Shown: piece by piece, positions 13,690 through 24,163 of the stretch
Position numbering within the stretch: position 1 is the first letter of the stretch
How the letters are laid out: each line of letters starts with the position of its first letter
DNA from: Lingula anatina
Taxonomy: Eukaryota; Animalia; Brachiopoda
Length of the DNA stretch: 64,000 bases
Direction: 5' to 3'
Assembly (NCBI GenBank): GCA_051362555.1
Contig: CM120640.1
Span: forward strand, 19,468,001 to 19,532,000
Position numbers and translations under genes: made by a program
The notes under the pieces: model-generated
What the model was told of the DNA's origin: nothing
The model's database searches: none
What the model saw: only the letters and a program-made list of their open reading frames with translations

Positions 13690-15146
13690 ATTGCTGTTCT
13701 CAATATGCCTTGCCTTCCTTGTCTAGGATAATGCCAGTGTAATATGAAGTGTTGAATTTCACTGATTACAACTTAAAACAGCGAAGATGTGCTGAAACAG
13801 TAATGTGTATTGATTGTTAGTCAGATGACAACAATACTTGTCAACAGGATAAATTGTACGTCTTTTAGGCAGACCGCACCTGTTGAGGTGGAAATTGCTG
13901 TTTTATATTTAACTCCATCTTTAATTTCATGTACATCCTGTTTAATCTGTGCTGTGAATATCTTTGTTTATTGTCTGTATATGTGACATCTTTTATGTCT
14001 TGAGGATTTAAAATGTTAATAAAATCAATATCAATTATTGATTAAATTCCACTTTAAGCATGCCAAAAATGAGCGATCCACTACTGGAGCATTGACACAG
14101 AATAGACTGACAGTAAGTAGTTATATATTATAGTGAATAAGGTTATTATATTATAGTAAATATGTGAAGCTTTAGTGAGTAATGTTAAGGAGATAAATGT
14201 CATTGGATACTGATTTAATAATTTCAATTTTTATAATAATACTTTTTTAATAATAATTTTTGTCCTTATCACATTATTCCACATTATTTTATTTTCTGGT
14301 TACTTTTTCAGAACAGATTAGGCTTATTTGCTCATGGGAAAAAGTCTGGAAAAATACATAGAGGTGAGTCATTTCTAAAGAAAATAATAAGGATAAGTAT
14401 TGTCTGTTGTTTTTTTTTCTGAATGTTGCATTTTTGTTTAAGTGACCATGTTACAAAAAGTTTTGATTAATATTAAGATGTGAAAGAATTATAAAGGTAT
14501 TGTGCCACACTAAGTCCTTTCTGAAAATAAAAATAGTGATATAGAACATAAGAAAAATTTATATCCATGTGTCTGTTTTTATTTGTAAGGTCCAATATAC
14601 ACCCCAGCAACTACCAAAGCTAAAGCAGATGCTGACTTGATGAAAATCTTGGACATTGCTGATGCTGAATTACAAAAACCATTGACACTTACATGTTTAA
14701 GAAAAAGGTATGTTCATGAAAAGAATTTTTATCAGTTTTGTGGTAACAAGATTTTTGGATATGCTGCAATGGTTTTGTTCTGTATTATATCCATTGCCCC
14801 CCTGTAAGAGAGTTCTTGTGGTCAATAATACTTTGATAAAAATTCCAATGAAAATAAAAACAATTCTGATGAAGGAGAAGTTAAATGACATAAGTTTTTT
14901 TTTCTTTGTTTTTGCCAACATTTAAACTGCAGATCATAAATTATGTTATAGATAGCTTTCTTCCATTGCTGATTTTATTAACTGTACTTCATTGTTTGTG
15001 CTTCAATATTCAATTTTTAGCTACAAATCTCAGACATCTGTGGAATCTGTGAGAATCCCTGTATCCGAGAGTGACAGTAGGCAAGTACAGTGTTCGTTAT
15101 TGATAAAATTATTATGATAAGTCTCATTGATAATTTTCTGTTATTT

Positions 15147-15193
<47 letters not shown>

Positions 15194-16449
15194 TTTTCTT
15201 GATGAGTGGGAGTGGATTGCATTATCTTTTCAGTACCTTGGCCTACAAAATACACTCAAATACATTTCTGATAATGATATCATTATCACATTTTCTGTTT
15301 CCTGAACTAATTCCTACTGGTAAACTGGTTACTCTTTGTCTTGTTATCTATTCTCCATGAATATATTGCTATATATACATTTTGCATTCTTCTTTTCTCT
15401 ATCCTGTTTCTATTTTCCCTGTCCTTAAAAAAGTAGTTCTGATGAAGTTTTTATACAGAGGAGAAGCAAAAAGAACACTTCACCAATATGTCAGGAATCA
15501 TTTTCAAAGGTCGGAAATATAAATTTTAAAAAGTTGCTTAGTTTTTCTGGTATATGTTAATATAAATTGCAGACAGAGGTTCTATTTTCACATTACTAGT
15601 ACTGTAGATTACTTTTTAAAAGTCATTGTCTAAGATGGACAGATGCTTGCCTCCAAAGGAGAAATTTGATTCTTACTGTAAACCTATCTTGCTTAGTACT
15701 TCACGTAAAATTAAAAATATCGCAGTCTCCAGACATATTATACTGCATGTGGTTCTAAATTTTGAAGTATCTATAGTTAGGTAATCTGATTCTTTGCCTT
15801 CATGTCACCAAAGGTTGTTACAACAGCTACATGTGGAAATTATATTAAAAGCCAGTATATTAAAATGATATTAGATAATAATCTATTTTTATAACTTATT
15901 TGTAGTCTATACCAATTGATGAAATCACATCTTTGGCAAAGCAATTGAAACCATCAAGGTGTTACCATGGAAGAAGTAAGTTATTATTAATAAATGTAAC
16001 CATTTTTATTATTTATTTTAAGAGTTTATATTTGTTACTTATTTAAGAAGAAAGGTACTGCTATTGTAGTTCACATCTTATGATATAATTGTACAAAATT
16101 TGATGTCAAATATGACAGCAGATATAGTTTACCTGTCTTAAAGAATAATTTTCCACAAAGCTAGAAATTTTGTTGTTATATTTCTTTGCAGATTTATTGC
16201 AAGAAGTGAAAGCTGACCTGAACAAGCTTTTGAAACAGAAGTATGTTTTAGCATATTGATTGAACATGCACTGTGAATAAGAGTACAGAAGAAAATGCAC
16301 ACTTCCAATCATTTTCATTGTATAAAGATCCTAGATAAAAATGTAATTTGTATATGCATCCATTGTCAACATAGGCTTTACTTTTACTTTTTTCTTTTTT
16401 TTTAAATTTTTTTTATTGCATAAGAAAATTGTCTCACAGTTAGGAATTA

Positions 16450-16495
<46 letters not shown>

Positions 16496-18959
16496 TTAAT
16501 CCACAGTGCACCTCCCAGTCCAGCAGCTGTGATATCAAACTCTCCTGCAGTGTGGGCATCTAGTCAGAGCAGCCAAGTCAGTAGTACTAAAGGTATTCCC
16601 ATTTTAAGAATAAACTGAAAAATCTTTTTGCCATATCTTGTAAAATGTCTTTAGTAGTCGTAATTTGCAAAATATTTATAATTTTTACTGTCAGTGTGAG
16701 ACTGCGGCAAAATAAGATTTATTGTCACAAAAAAAAAATTATCTGTTTAATTATTTTATTGTAGGTGTTCACAAAGATGCATCTCTATTAGTAACCTCTA
16801 AAAATGATCAACATACACAGCTGTTCTCTACGAGCCTACCAGGGCAAAATATTGACAGTGCAAACAATACATTAAAAAAGGACCTCTCTTTTCCCATAGA
16901 TGGTGCTTTAGGTAATCTACAAGAAAAAGATACTTATGCCTTTATAAACCAAAGTTATGAGAGGCAGTTTGATCAGGGTTGAAGCTAAACACAATCCAAA
17001 CATTGATAAGTCATTCCATGATACAAAACATTGTTAAAAACAAATTTAATTTTAAAATTCAAAAGCACTTCATTGTTTTTCATAGAATAATGATGTTTTT
17101 TAAATTAAGGTTTACCTTTGAAATTTTTATTGTGGCTGTGTAAAAGGTTATCACTTTTTCAACAGATATTGACAATGGTGAATCGCAAGAAAAAGATGCC
17201 TTGACCTTATTGATTGAAAGTGAAGAAAGAAGGCAAGCTCAAGACTCAATTAAACATAATGGCAAAACTGGTAAGTGGAAGAAGTATGCTCTTCACAATT
17301 TGTGTTTTTTTTTTTTTTTTTTTTTTAATCATTAAACTTACAGTTTCCTATCAAGAGTAGGACTTGAAACATTTTCTTCAATGATGTGAAAAATGTTTTT
17401 AAATGCAGTATTTTAATAATTTTTTCCAGATGTCATTCTTACTGAATCTCAAGAAAAAGATGCCAACACCTTTATTATTGAAAATAATGAGTTTCATGAA
17501 AGGAAACTAGCACAGGATATAGCCAGGTACTATGGAAAACCAGGTAGGTAAATTATCAACATAAATTTTGATGTAAACTTGAAAAACTGACCGTCTTCTG
17601 GAAGACCCAGAAGACGGCCTAAATCCGCCCCTGAGACAAGTCCAGTGGTGATTTTTGACTAGGGGAATTTTTTTTTTTCTCAAGAAAGATTAGAGATATT
17701 TTGTAGCTGTGGACTGCAGATCTTTTATGTTTGTCCCAGAAAAGTTGTTCCTTAAACTGTAGGGTTTATACATTTGAAATTTCAGATTTCGCTACCTCTT
17801 CAACAAATGTTAATCAGTCACTTGATACCAGCAACCCAGGTTTTATGAGGGATCAAACAAAAGCCTATCATCCTATTGTCCAACAAACATGGCATGTACC
17901 ATCACAAGTTAGTCAGGTATAGCATTTATTTATTTATTTATTTATTTCTTCAAAGAATCTGTCTTTGCAGGGACAAACAATTTGAAGCTGTATCATATCA
18001 CACAGTTTTAAGGAATTAATACTCTCATTGTTGTATGAAATTACATCTTTTACATTTGACAGTTACAGTAGTCATATTATTGAAGCATTTTATTACTATG
18101 TGAATAAGGTGAAAATTACATTCTTTACAAGTTCTTTGTGATATATTTTGTGTTCTGTGTCTGTTTCAGAATGCTGCAGTTGTAACCCAGATCAACCCAG
18201 CAGCTTTGCAGCCTGTCCACCAAAGGGCATTCACAGCCTCCAGTCATTTGGAGCAATCATGGAAGACAGAACATCTTCAGCAATGTGACAGGTTATATAA
18301 TCCGGTGAGTATAGTATTACAACATAAAGTGCATGGAGGATGTCTGAAAGGATCTGTTACTTAATATTACTTAATAGTTAAAGAATTGATTACAGTTGTT
18401 GTAAATAGTTGTAATTGATTTGACACTTAAAAGGCAGGTGACATGTTCTGTTTTTTATTAAGGTGACAATATTGACAAAATATTCAATACATTGCATAAT
18501 GTATAACCTTTCTTTCATGTGCCTGTGTTCTTTTTTTTTTTCCTGAAACGGGAGTGAAAGCAATTTGATCTTTTTGGTAGTCAATATATAATTACTGTAG
18601 AACTTAAACTTCTGGAAAAAGGTAGTTGATGCTTACAAGTGGGGTTATTTTATTGAACTTCATGAATTTCATTTAACGTGAAGTGTAAATTGTGATGTTG
18701 AATCTTACATCAACCTAATTATTGTTTTTTATAGCTTCCAGAATCATTGGACATTTTAGACTATGTTGATGTGAAGGATCCTTCTACAATGGACATCTCG
18801 GCATATCATGATCTTATAGTTGAAGGAACATGGAGGACTCCAACAAAAAGGAGACGTTTTAACATTCTGAAAAATGCTGAAGATCTTTTCCTCAAAGCTG
18901 GATCATCAGTGGATTCCCCTAGCCCAGAGCAGGAATTTTATAGAAGGAAAATGTTCTAA
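9573..18959 (+). CDS. PRR19-like (proline-rich protein 19, meiotic crossover factor) candidate, ~503 aa. Exons 9573-9665, 9896-9949, 14312-14363, 14590-14707, 15021-15080, 15437-15509, 15906-15975, 16192-16240, 16507-16592, 16765-16911, 17166-17270, 17430-17543, 17786-17916, 18170-18304, 18735-18959
   Basis: Fifteen exons join in phase (1512 nt). Four ordered motifs resemble recalled PRR19: KRRKTGAERDR (RRRKTRRERNK), NRLGLFAHGKKS (HRGLFNHEVKS), LAKQLKPSRCYHGRNLLQEVKADL ([24 protein letters not shown]) and C-terminal SPSPEQEFYRRKMF* (SSPEAWSFPPMRLY*). Boundaries at 15080/15437 and 16911 are uncertain. Confidence 0.65.
10326..10611. mobile_element. Probable non-autonomous DNA transposon (MITE, ~285 bp) in the host intron upstream of the UGT
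   Basis: Imperfect terminal inverted repeats GGCCCTGTGGGAATTGA (10327-10343) and TCAATTTTCCCACAGGGGCC (10591-10610). No coding capacity and no clear TSD. Confidence 0.5.
11101..12702 (+). CDS. UDP-glycosyltransferase (GT1, UGT2/UGT8-like, ER membrane), 533 aa, single coding exon nested in intron 2 of the PRR19-like gene
   Basis: Signal peptide, RGHEV, [19 protein letters not shown], UGT signature [55 protein letters not shown] plus a TM helix, and a C-terminal KIKIR dilysine-type ER retrieval signal. AATAAA at 12732-12737. Confidence 0.95.
   Translation: [533 protein letters not shown]
13642..13685. repeat. (TC)n microsatellite
   Basis: Perfect dinucleotide run. Confidence 0.95.
15146..15194. 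repeat. (TTTA)n microsatellite
   Basis: Tetranucleotide run; similar runs near 17924-17946, 31606-31654 and 62684-62723. Confidence 0.9.
16446..16496. repeat. (ATT)n microsatellite just upstream of the 16507 splice acceptor
   Basis: Trinucleotide run. Confidence 0.9.
16900..17011 (+). pseudogene. Decayed copy of a tandemly triplicated exon of the PRR19-like gene
   Basis: Has its own acceptor (TTTTCCCATAG|AT) and encodes DGALGNLQEKDTYAF, homologous to exons 17166 and 17430 (ESQEKDA). It also has a TGA, a +1 shift, and ATAAGT where the GTAAGT donor is expected. Confidence 0.55.
17591..17633. mobile_element. Solo terminal remnant of a CAGGGGCGGAT-type MITE with a subterminal hairpin
   Basis: Perfect 11-bp stem CCGTCTTCTGG-AAGAC-CCAGAAGACGG followed by CCTAAATCCGCCCCTG, whose reverse complement nearly equals the left TIR at 23848 (CAGTGGCGGATTTAG). 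Confidence 0.55.
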
Positions 18960-19880
18960 TTTGTTCCTAAGTACATTTATGCCAGTGAACCTTTTTCAAA
19001 ATCGAATACTTCAATGTTGTATTATAAAGTTTGCTGTCTGAAACTTTTATCTGTCATTTTCATGGTGACTGCATCATATAGCCGCTCACTGAAATGTAAC
19101 TAGCAGTGATACAAAAATGTGTTACAGAATATAGATAGTAATGTATCAATTTAATATTTATATTTCATGAAGATAAAATGTATTGTTAAAAATGAGATTT
19201 TTTTTTATAAACAAGCACACTTTATTGCTAAATCAAAACGTAAGTTTTTTTTTAACACGCATGTTTGCCCTCAGCTTGTTTCGTTGATACGTTGTACATG
19301 TACTAAGAATTTAGTACGGTTTTCAATAAATAATAGTTCTGAAATTGTCAATGAATTAAAGTTTATTTAACGTGTATTCACAGTTTTAAAGTTCAAATTC
19401 ACTGCCATACTCTATTATTTCTCGTAAACGTATAGAGATTGCTGTCAATAAGTTTAAGATACGTTACTCTCAAAAGTCATCAAGAGTGATTTAGGATAAA
19501 AGCAAGTACAAAAAGCCTACCTTCAAACATGCTATCTAAGCAAATCGAAACGGGCCTTGTCACACTTTAAATGTCAGCAGCACCCGAAGAATCTTTACAG
19601 TAACTGGGAATGTTTTGGTATCAAAATCACTAGGAAAGGTTTTCGATTTCTGATGCATCAAAGGCGATTTATATATTAGCTTAGTTCATTAAAATGGGTG
19701 AACATACAAAATAAAATAGCATTTCTCTATAGTCATGCTCGACTTCAAAATTGCCGTATGATTATGGCAAATTCATTGGCACCTGGGGGAAAAAAAGAAA
19801 TTGTTCTACAAATGGAATGTAGCATTACTATATACACACACAAAAAAAAAAACATTTTTCATTTTAATGCAATTAGCATC

Positions 19881-22800
19881 CTAACGCCTGCCGAGATTCA
19901 TCATTTCTTCAGCTATTTCGCTTCGTCTGCGAGAGCGTAGAAGCTGCCCTGCAGTACCAGGCAGCCGGCTTGAATTGCCATTGGCGTTTGAGCTCGAACG
20001 GCTTGGGGTATGAGATCTTTGTTGGGTGTGGTTAGTTTCTGTTCTAGAGTTGGTTGCACTGTTATTAAAATTGGAGTGATAGTCAGCCACACGTGTGTTT
20101 TGATCGGCTTGGTCGCGTATTCGTGGATTTCTTCCGCGCGTGCCAGCGATCTCTCCATTTCGCTGTCCGCCGTTCGTGGGACGGTTACTAGTAGTTCCTG
20201 TCGCATTATTGGAATTTCTTTCCAGGCTCTCTGCCTGCCTACGTCTAGCAGCCGCTAGTCCTTCGTTTATGCGATCATTACTGTTGGTATTTCTCCTGAA
20301 ACGTTTTTGTGGGGCGTATTTTGTTGCTCTTCTGGGACTTGCGCCGTTACTGGTCACGGTTGCGACATTGCCGCTTTCCTGCGATGTACCTGGAACTGCC
20401 GCGGAACTTGTCTCTAGGTTTGCGCTTAGATTTAGAGCAAAACTGTCAGTATTTCTAATAGCCTCAGTGCTTTGTCGAGCCACTGAATTTGGGACTCCAT
20501 TTGAGGAATTGCCTTCGCGAGAGGCAGTGCCCGCGTTTGAAGACTCATTAATACTGTTTCTAAGAATACGCTGCCTGACAGGTAATGGGGGTCTTGGAGA
20601 AATCACCTCGTCGGCGGCGGCTTGATGTTCACGGCTACCCGATGGGATAATGGATCTGTTTGAGGTTGTGTTGGCGTTGGTATCCGAACGGGGACTGTCC
20701 GATTGTGACAATGAAGGCAACTGCCTTGGCGACTGAGATGTCGGTTGAATTTGTCTTGGAGATGATGATTGCTGTTCTGTTTGGCCTGTGGCATTGGCTG
20801 TCCGACTAAGGGCTTGAGATTCACTGGTAGCAGATGGATTGCTTCTGTTGGTCGCCGTGTGATTGATAGAATTTGAAAGACTGACTGAGCCTCGGATATT
20901 TGAGCTTATTCCAGCGTTGGCTGTGGACGACACTTGGCTTGACGCTGTGTTATTTAGGGACGGTCGAATTTCCACAGGCGCATCTCTAACTTGAGATAAA
21001 GCTCTCGGCGCTTCTGTCTCCCGTCGCAGTGAGGTTAGTCTCTCACCAGTGGGCCTAGAAGTACTGGATGTTGTTGAAGGATTGTTTGTTGATGCCCGTG
21101 GCGTAGAAGTGCCTAAAAGTTCCTCCCTTATTTCACTCCTACGTCGTGCCCGTAATTCTTCATGAGATGCGATATTGCCATAGTAAGTCGCCGCCTCGGC
21201 GCCCCACCCACTGTTAGAACCTGCACCATTGTGGGAGGAGGACAGAGATGCGCCGGTGTTTCGGGCGGCGGGAGTGACTCCTGGGCCGTTTGATGTAAGC
21301 GATCGCGTTACTGTTTGATCGAAGCGCCTAGTTTCTGCCTGCAGTCGAATGCGGGAAACGATCCCCGACGAATCGCTTGAAGCGTCCGAGTCGGAGTCGC
21401 TATCACTCTCGAGCGCACCAAAGCGACCATATCGGGCGGTGACAGCGGCCGCCCCGCGGGGAGATGGCCCACTATTTCCTCCAGCACCGGTGTTTCTACT
21501 GGTTAGAGTTCCTGGTCTCACAGGTGTGCTGAGCAATACGTGGAATAAGGATCCCAACTCGTCCATTTGTTCGTTCATGGAGATCACTTCGTCCAGTCGC
21601 TGCATTCTGACGTTGGGATCAGCAGCTTCCGAGAAGCGTTGCAGGGCACGGCTGCGCATTGCCATCTCTAGCTGAAGGAGCGTCATCATTTGTTGTAAAA
21701 GTTCTCGGCCCTGAAAATAACATTGTCATAACAGTTGATTATTCAGCAAATCTTGAGATCAATTAAGCGCTCACCCACCTGGCCATGAAACAATATTCTT
21801 TTATAGACACATATTTCATGATTTCTTAATTTCAGATTTGAATTTCATCAAAAAAGTGTAAGGACATCATGTAGTTAAGTAAAATGCATAATTAATGTCA
21901 AATTATATATGACTGTGTGTTAAAAAAACCCGAAAGGCTAAACACTTACTTGTCTGATCTGATCTCTAACGTCAGTCACTTGCTGTCTAGGTCCGGGCCC
22001 CAACGTTGGTAAAACAATAAGACCACCTAGCGAAGGGAACTGCAGGCCCACCGCTCTTGGGGGCGACGGCCTCTGAGACCGCAAACTCGCCCAGTCTACA
22101 TCATCATTATTAAACTGCTGTCTCCCGTGACTGTGGAGCAAGAATATTTTCAACGGCGCTGAGAATGAACATGTCGCCTCGTGACACTTTACTTTTTTAT
22201 CCCCCAGTTGCTTGTCTATTTCTTTGTTGTCAGCATAATCTGTTTGAACTACGCGGCATACTGGGCATTTGTCGCTGTTTGCACCGTATGTCATAGACCA
22301 GGCAAAGATACAGGTTCCGCAAAACAGGTGTTTGTTTTGGCATTGCTTGCAGCGGTTGGCTACGAGATAACTGAAACGAAAGAAAATTACTTCCAATTTA
22401 ATATTTATTTATTTTTCATTTTTATTTTATTTTATTTATTTTTTCCTCGAGTCTATTGCTAATCTGAGGCGAAAGTATTAAAGGCCCGTGTGACAATCCA
22501 TTAGTCTATTTATCACGCTATGATATCACGCAATAACTTAGCTTACAAAACCAATATATAACAACCTACAGTTGCAATCAATGCAGGCCTGTAATTGTCC
22601 ATATTACTGAACATTCTATATTTCATGATATTTATTCGCTGGTATCTAATCACTCGTCTCGTGGCCATATAAATCACTGAAATGTATGTGAGCATGAGAT
22701 TATTATACATGTATATATATGAATGATGCGCATCTGGTATTATACTTGACTGTTGATAATGCGGTTGGGCACGATTCTTGATACAGAAATGGACTGACTA

Positions 22801-22984
22801 ATAGGCCCAGTCAGTCGAGTATCTGGTTGACAACTTACCAAATGTTGCACTGCCATTTTTCCCTGTCTTCTTCGCTCATATCAAGGAAGATCTCATCCGG
22901 AAACCCGCCCACCTTAACACCAGCGGGCTTCAAAATATTGTCCAGAACATTTTGGAAAGTCAGTTCCCGTACATCCCCTGCCAT
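19881..22984 (-). CDS. RING (C3HC4) plus TRAF-like zinc-finger E3-ligase-like protein with a long S/N/T/R-rich tail, ~798 aa. Exons 22984-22839, 22370-21950, 21710-19881
   Basis: Three exons join in phase (2397 nt). GGFPDEIF..WQCNIC|YLVANRCKQCQNKHLFCGTC..KCPVCR, then VKCHEATC..LLHSH. This N-terminal layout resembles RNF41/RNF151/PDZRN/TRAF-type RINGs. Confidence 0.8.
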
Positions 22985-23362
22985 GATGATAGTTCTGTTA
23001 GCTTGAAATATCTGGCGAACACATTTTACAGAGATTCGGTAATATCCAGATTATTTTGTTATCGTCTACTGACTCTAAACCCTTTAATTTTACTTCAGGT
23101 TATTCCTCCTAGAGCTTTGGCATTTAAAGAAATGCTTCATCATGGTGCACCTGATGAAATCGCATTCCTCCGGTCCCTGGTTCTTGTTTCACAGCCTCAA
23201 GCAAAACGTTCGCATAAGTATACTGGCTTGACACAACAATTTGTGACGAAAATTGCTTTTGGATGTCTAATGAACTGACGTAAATCGCTGGAGATGTGTT
23301 CAGGACCGCAAACAGTCGTTTTTCAGTCTTGCATGTCTCAAGCAGTTTTATCCCAACTTACT

Positions 23363-23374
23363 GCCGCCATCTTG
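23363..23374 (-). promoter_or_regulatory. YY1 consensus CAAGATGGCGGC upstream of the RING gene, possibly also a tiny first exon (ATG GCG GCA|GTAAGT)
   Basis: Exact match to the YY1 consensus in CpG-rich DNA; CRE-like TGACGTAA at 23276-23283. Confidence 0.5.
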
Positions 23375-23847
23375 TGTAGTCATGTCAATTGTGTAAACAT
23401 TGGGCATTAGGCCAGGTCAGTTATTTGCTTTACCACAACAGGCATAATAGAATCGGAAGGAGGTCCTTTATTACAACCATAGAATGTCAATAGCACAGTG
23501 TTTCAATGACCGATTTTCAGCATTTCATATGCAGATTTTTTGTTCTTAAAAAGCGTATGTTGTATGATAAGAAGGGACGTAAGGTGATCGATTTTCCGTA
23601 CTCTGTTATCGTTTAAAGCTGATTTAGGTTATGTCAGGTGCATGATGGCTTGCACCGACACCTGCAGGCGACGGGAGAAACTAGCTTTATTTGCTATTAG
23701 AGTTTTAATGATAACAATATGTGCTTACTGTAAAAGATAATAATGAGAGCACCTGGGTAATTTGCCCTGCAGCGCGGGAGAGGGGTTAACACCAATTTAA
23801 ATTAAACAGTCTTTCGTTTCACATGCAGTTTTCCCTAAAACAATTAA

Positions 23848-24163
23848 CAGTGGCGGATTTAGAGGGGGGGGGGGGGTCAAGGGAGTCCTGACCCCTCCCC
23901 TCCTTCGGTTTCTGAAAAATATATCACATCAATATATTACTCCCCTTTTGAAATTAGAATTTTGACTAGCTGAATCATAGTTCTAAACTATATCAAAGGG
24001 CACTGTTTGCTCTCCAAAAACACCAAAATTTTTTCGGGGTCTTTAAACAGGCCCCGAACATCAATCACACCAAGGGGGCGATGGTCGGCTTCGCATCCAA
24101 GGTCTGTAGTTCCGAACCCCCCCCCCTCCCCCCCCATTTCAAATAATCCTTGATCCGCCCCTG
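23848..24163. mobile_element. MITE (~316 bp) with CAG(T/G)GGCGGAT TIRs, poly-G/poly-C subterminal tracts and flanking ATTAA direct repeats
   Basis: Left end CAGTGGCGGATTTAG...G-run; right end C-run...GATCCGCCCCTG; ATTAA directly abuts both ends (candidate 5-bp TSD). Confidence 0.75.

Noticed and set aside
15090-15360. ORFs with FIYLFIYL repeats
   Set aside because: Translation of the (TTTA)n microsatellite; the same applies at 31561-31929 and 62624-62760
20010-21675. Plus-strand ORFs of 82-161 aa opposite the RING tail
   Set aside because: Expected in GC-richer coding DNA; no motifs or splice support
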